Positions 62,751 through 64,000 of a stretch of DNA of 64,000 nt are shown one piece after another. The notes beneath the pieces are model-generated. The model saw nothing but the letters and a program-made list of their open reading frames with translations. It was not told the DNA's origin and did no database searches. Origin of the DNA: Sphagnum compactum (lineage: Eukaryota); contig OZ234493.1 in the NCBI GenBank assembly GCA_965153455.1, forward strand, positions 20,512,213 through 20,576,212, read 5' to 3'. Numbering within the stretch: position 1 is the stretch's first letter; every line of letters begins with the position of its first letter. The translations under genes and the position numbers were made by a program.

Positions 62751-64000
62751 TTCAAATCCATGTGACATTTTTTCCTTCGTTAATTTCTTGAAATAATCTC
62801 AACATATTCAAAGGAAATAACACATGTTTACATTTGTATGGAACTACATGTTTACAATGTACATGTGTATGAAATTGGAAGCACACGAAAATTCCAAAAA
62901 ACAACAAAACAAAAACAAAGACATTGAATTATAATTGCTTTGACATACTAAATGCAAAAACATGATTATGTACTCACCTTTTGCATTGACATGTTTGCTC
63001 CTTTATTAATCTCTTGAAATAACCAAGTAGCATATTTACATTTGTATCAAATTACATGTTTACATGTGTATGAAATTGGAAAGACCCAAAGATTCCCAAA
63101 AAAAACTGAAAGGACACAAAGATTTCAAAAGACATTGAAAAAAATAAAGAGATTTGTTTCTCTTTTGATATCTTGAGATCGATATAAGGACATTTTGAAA
63201 CATTACTTCTTGTAAAATGTTTATTTTTTAAAGATTCCGGTTTGGAATCGACCTTTAATAAATCTGTAGTTTAGAACCATATTTTTGTACAACCCACGAG
63301 TATAGCCCATCCCACCTAAACCAGCTCTGATGAAATCATCGTCGTTGGAATTTTGAAGATTTGTTTCCTAAAAATGATGTATTGAAAAGACTTCAAGAAT
63401 ATGCTTGAAAAATCAATGAAAGAGCACAAGTTTAAAGGGGTGCTCCTATTAATGTGGTTGGAACCAATTTTTATTATCAAAACCTATCTATTGGAGTTTA
63501 AGGTTGAATAGTTTAAATACATACTTTTAGCTAAGGTGTCTAATTTAAACAACCTAGGTTTCCTAATTATCCATGTTTTTGGTTTAAGTGACATAGGTTA
63601 AATAGGCTAAACAACCCAACCTAGGGACTCTATGCTAACTAAGATGGGTGGCCATGTGGTGCCATTTGTTCAACTTGGAGCTTACCACATGTCAACATTT
63701 CAATGGTCAAAGAACTTCAATGTCTCTACATTTTTGTTATAAAATTAGTTGCAAATGACCATGCCACATAGGCATAAGTGATTGCATATTTTAGTCACAA
63801 AAACCAATTGTAAATGGATGTGTTATGTTGGCTAAATGTGAATTCAATGAAAATTTTGCGTTAATCCCACCTTGATACAATTTTCATTTTGATTAGATGC
63901 CATGTCATGTCTTTTCTAACTAAAATTTCATGTGACTTATCGAAGGCGACTAGAAGAATTAATAGTCACATAAAGCATTTACAGTTGAAAAATAGTCATT

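Overview
This is AT-rich, CpG-depleted eukaryotic nuclear DNA from a land plant. The gene set and repeat landscape suggest a bryophyte such as a Sphagnum-like moss (inference). Four apparently intact genes are present: an intronless NTF2 (+), an unrecognised 3-exon gene of about 633 aa with an internal ~78-aa repeat (-), a 3-exon CAT2-like cationic amino acid transporter (-) and an ERF084-like AP2/ERF factor (-). Relics include a THO7 pseudogene, a plastid rpoC1 fragment (NUPT) and many decayed transposons: two Copia, Gypsy integrase, a CRE-type RLE non-LTR element, a young Helitron, hAT and PIF/Harbinger MITEs, and a Crypton/DUF3504-like tyrosine recombinase. The most interesting leads are an Arg-rich uORF upstream of the cationic amino acid transporter, the tyrosine recombinase relic and the orphan repeat protein. 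All family assignments are from motif recognition by eye; no searches were run.
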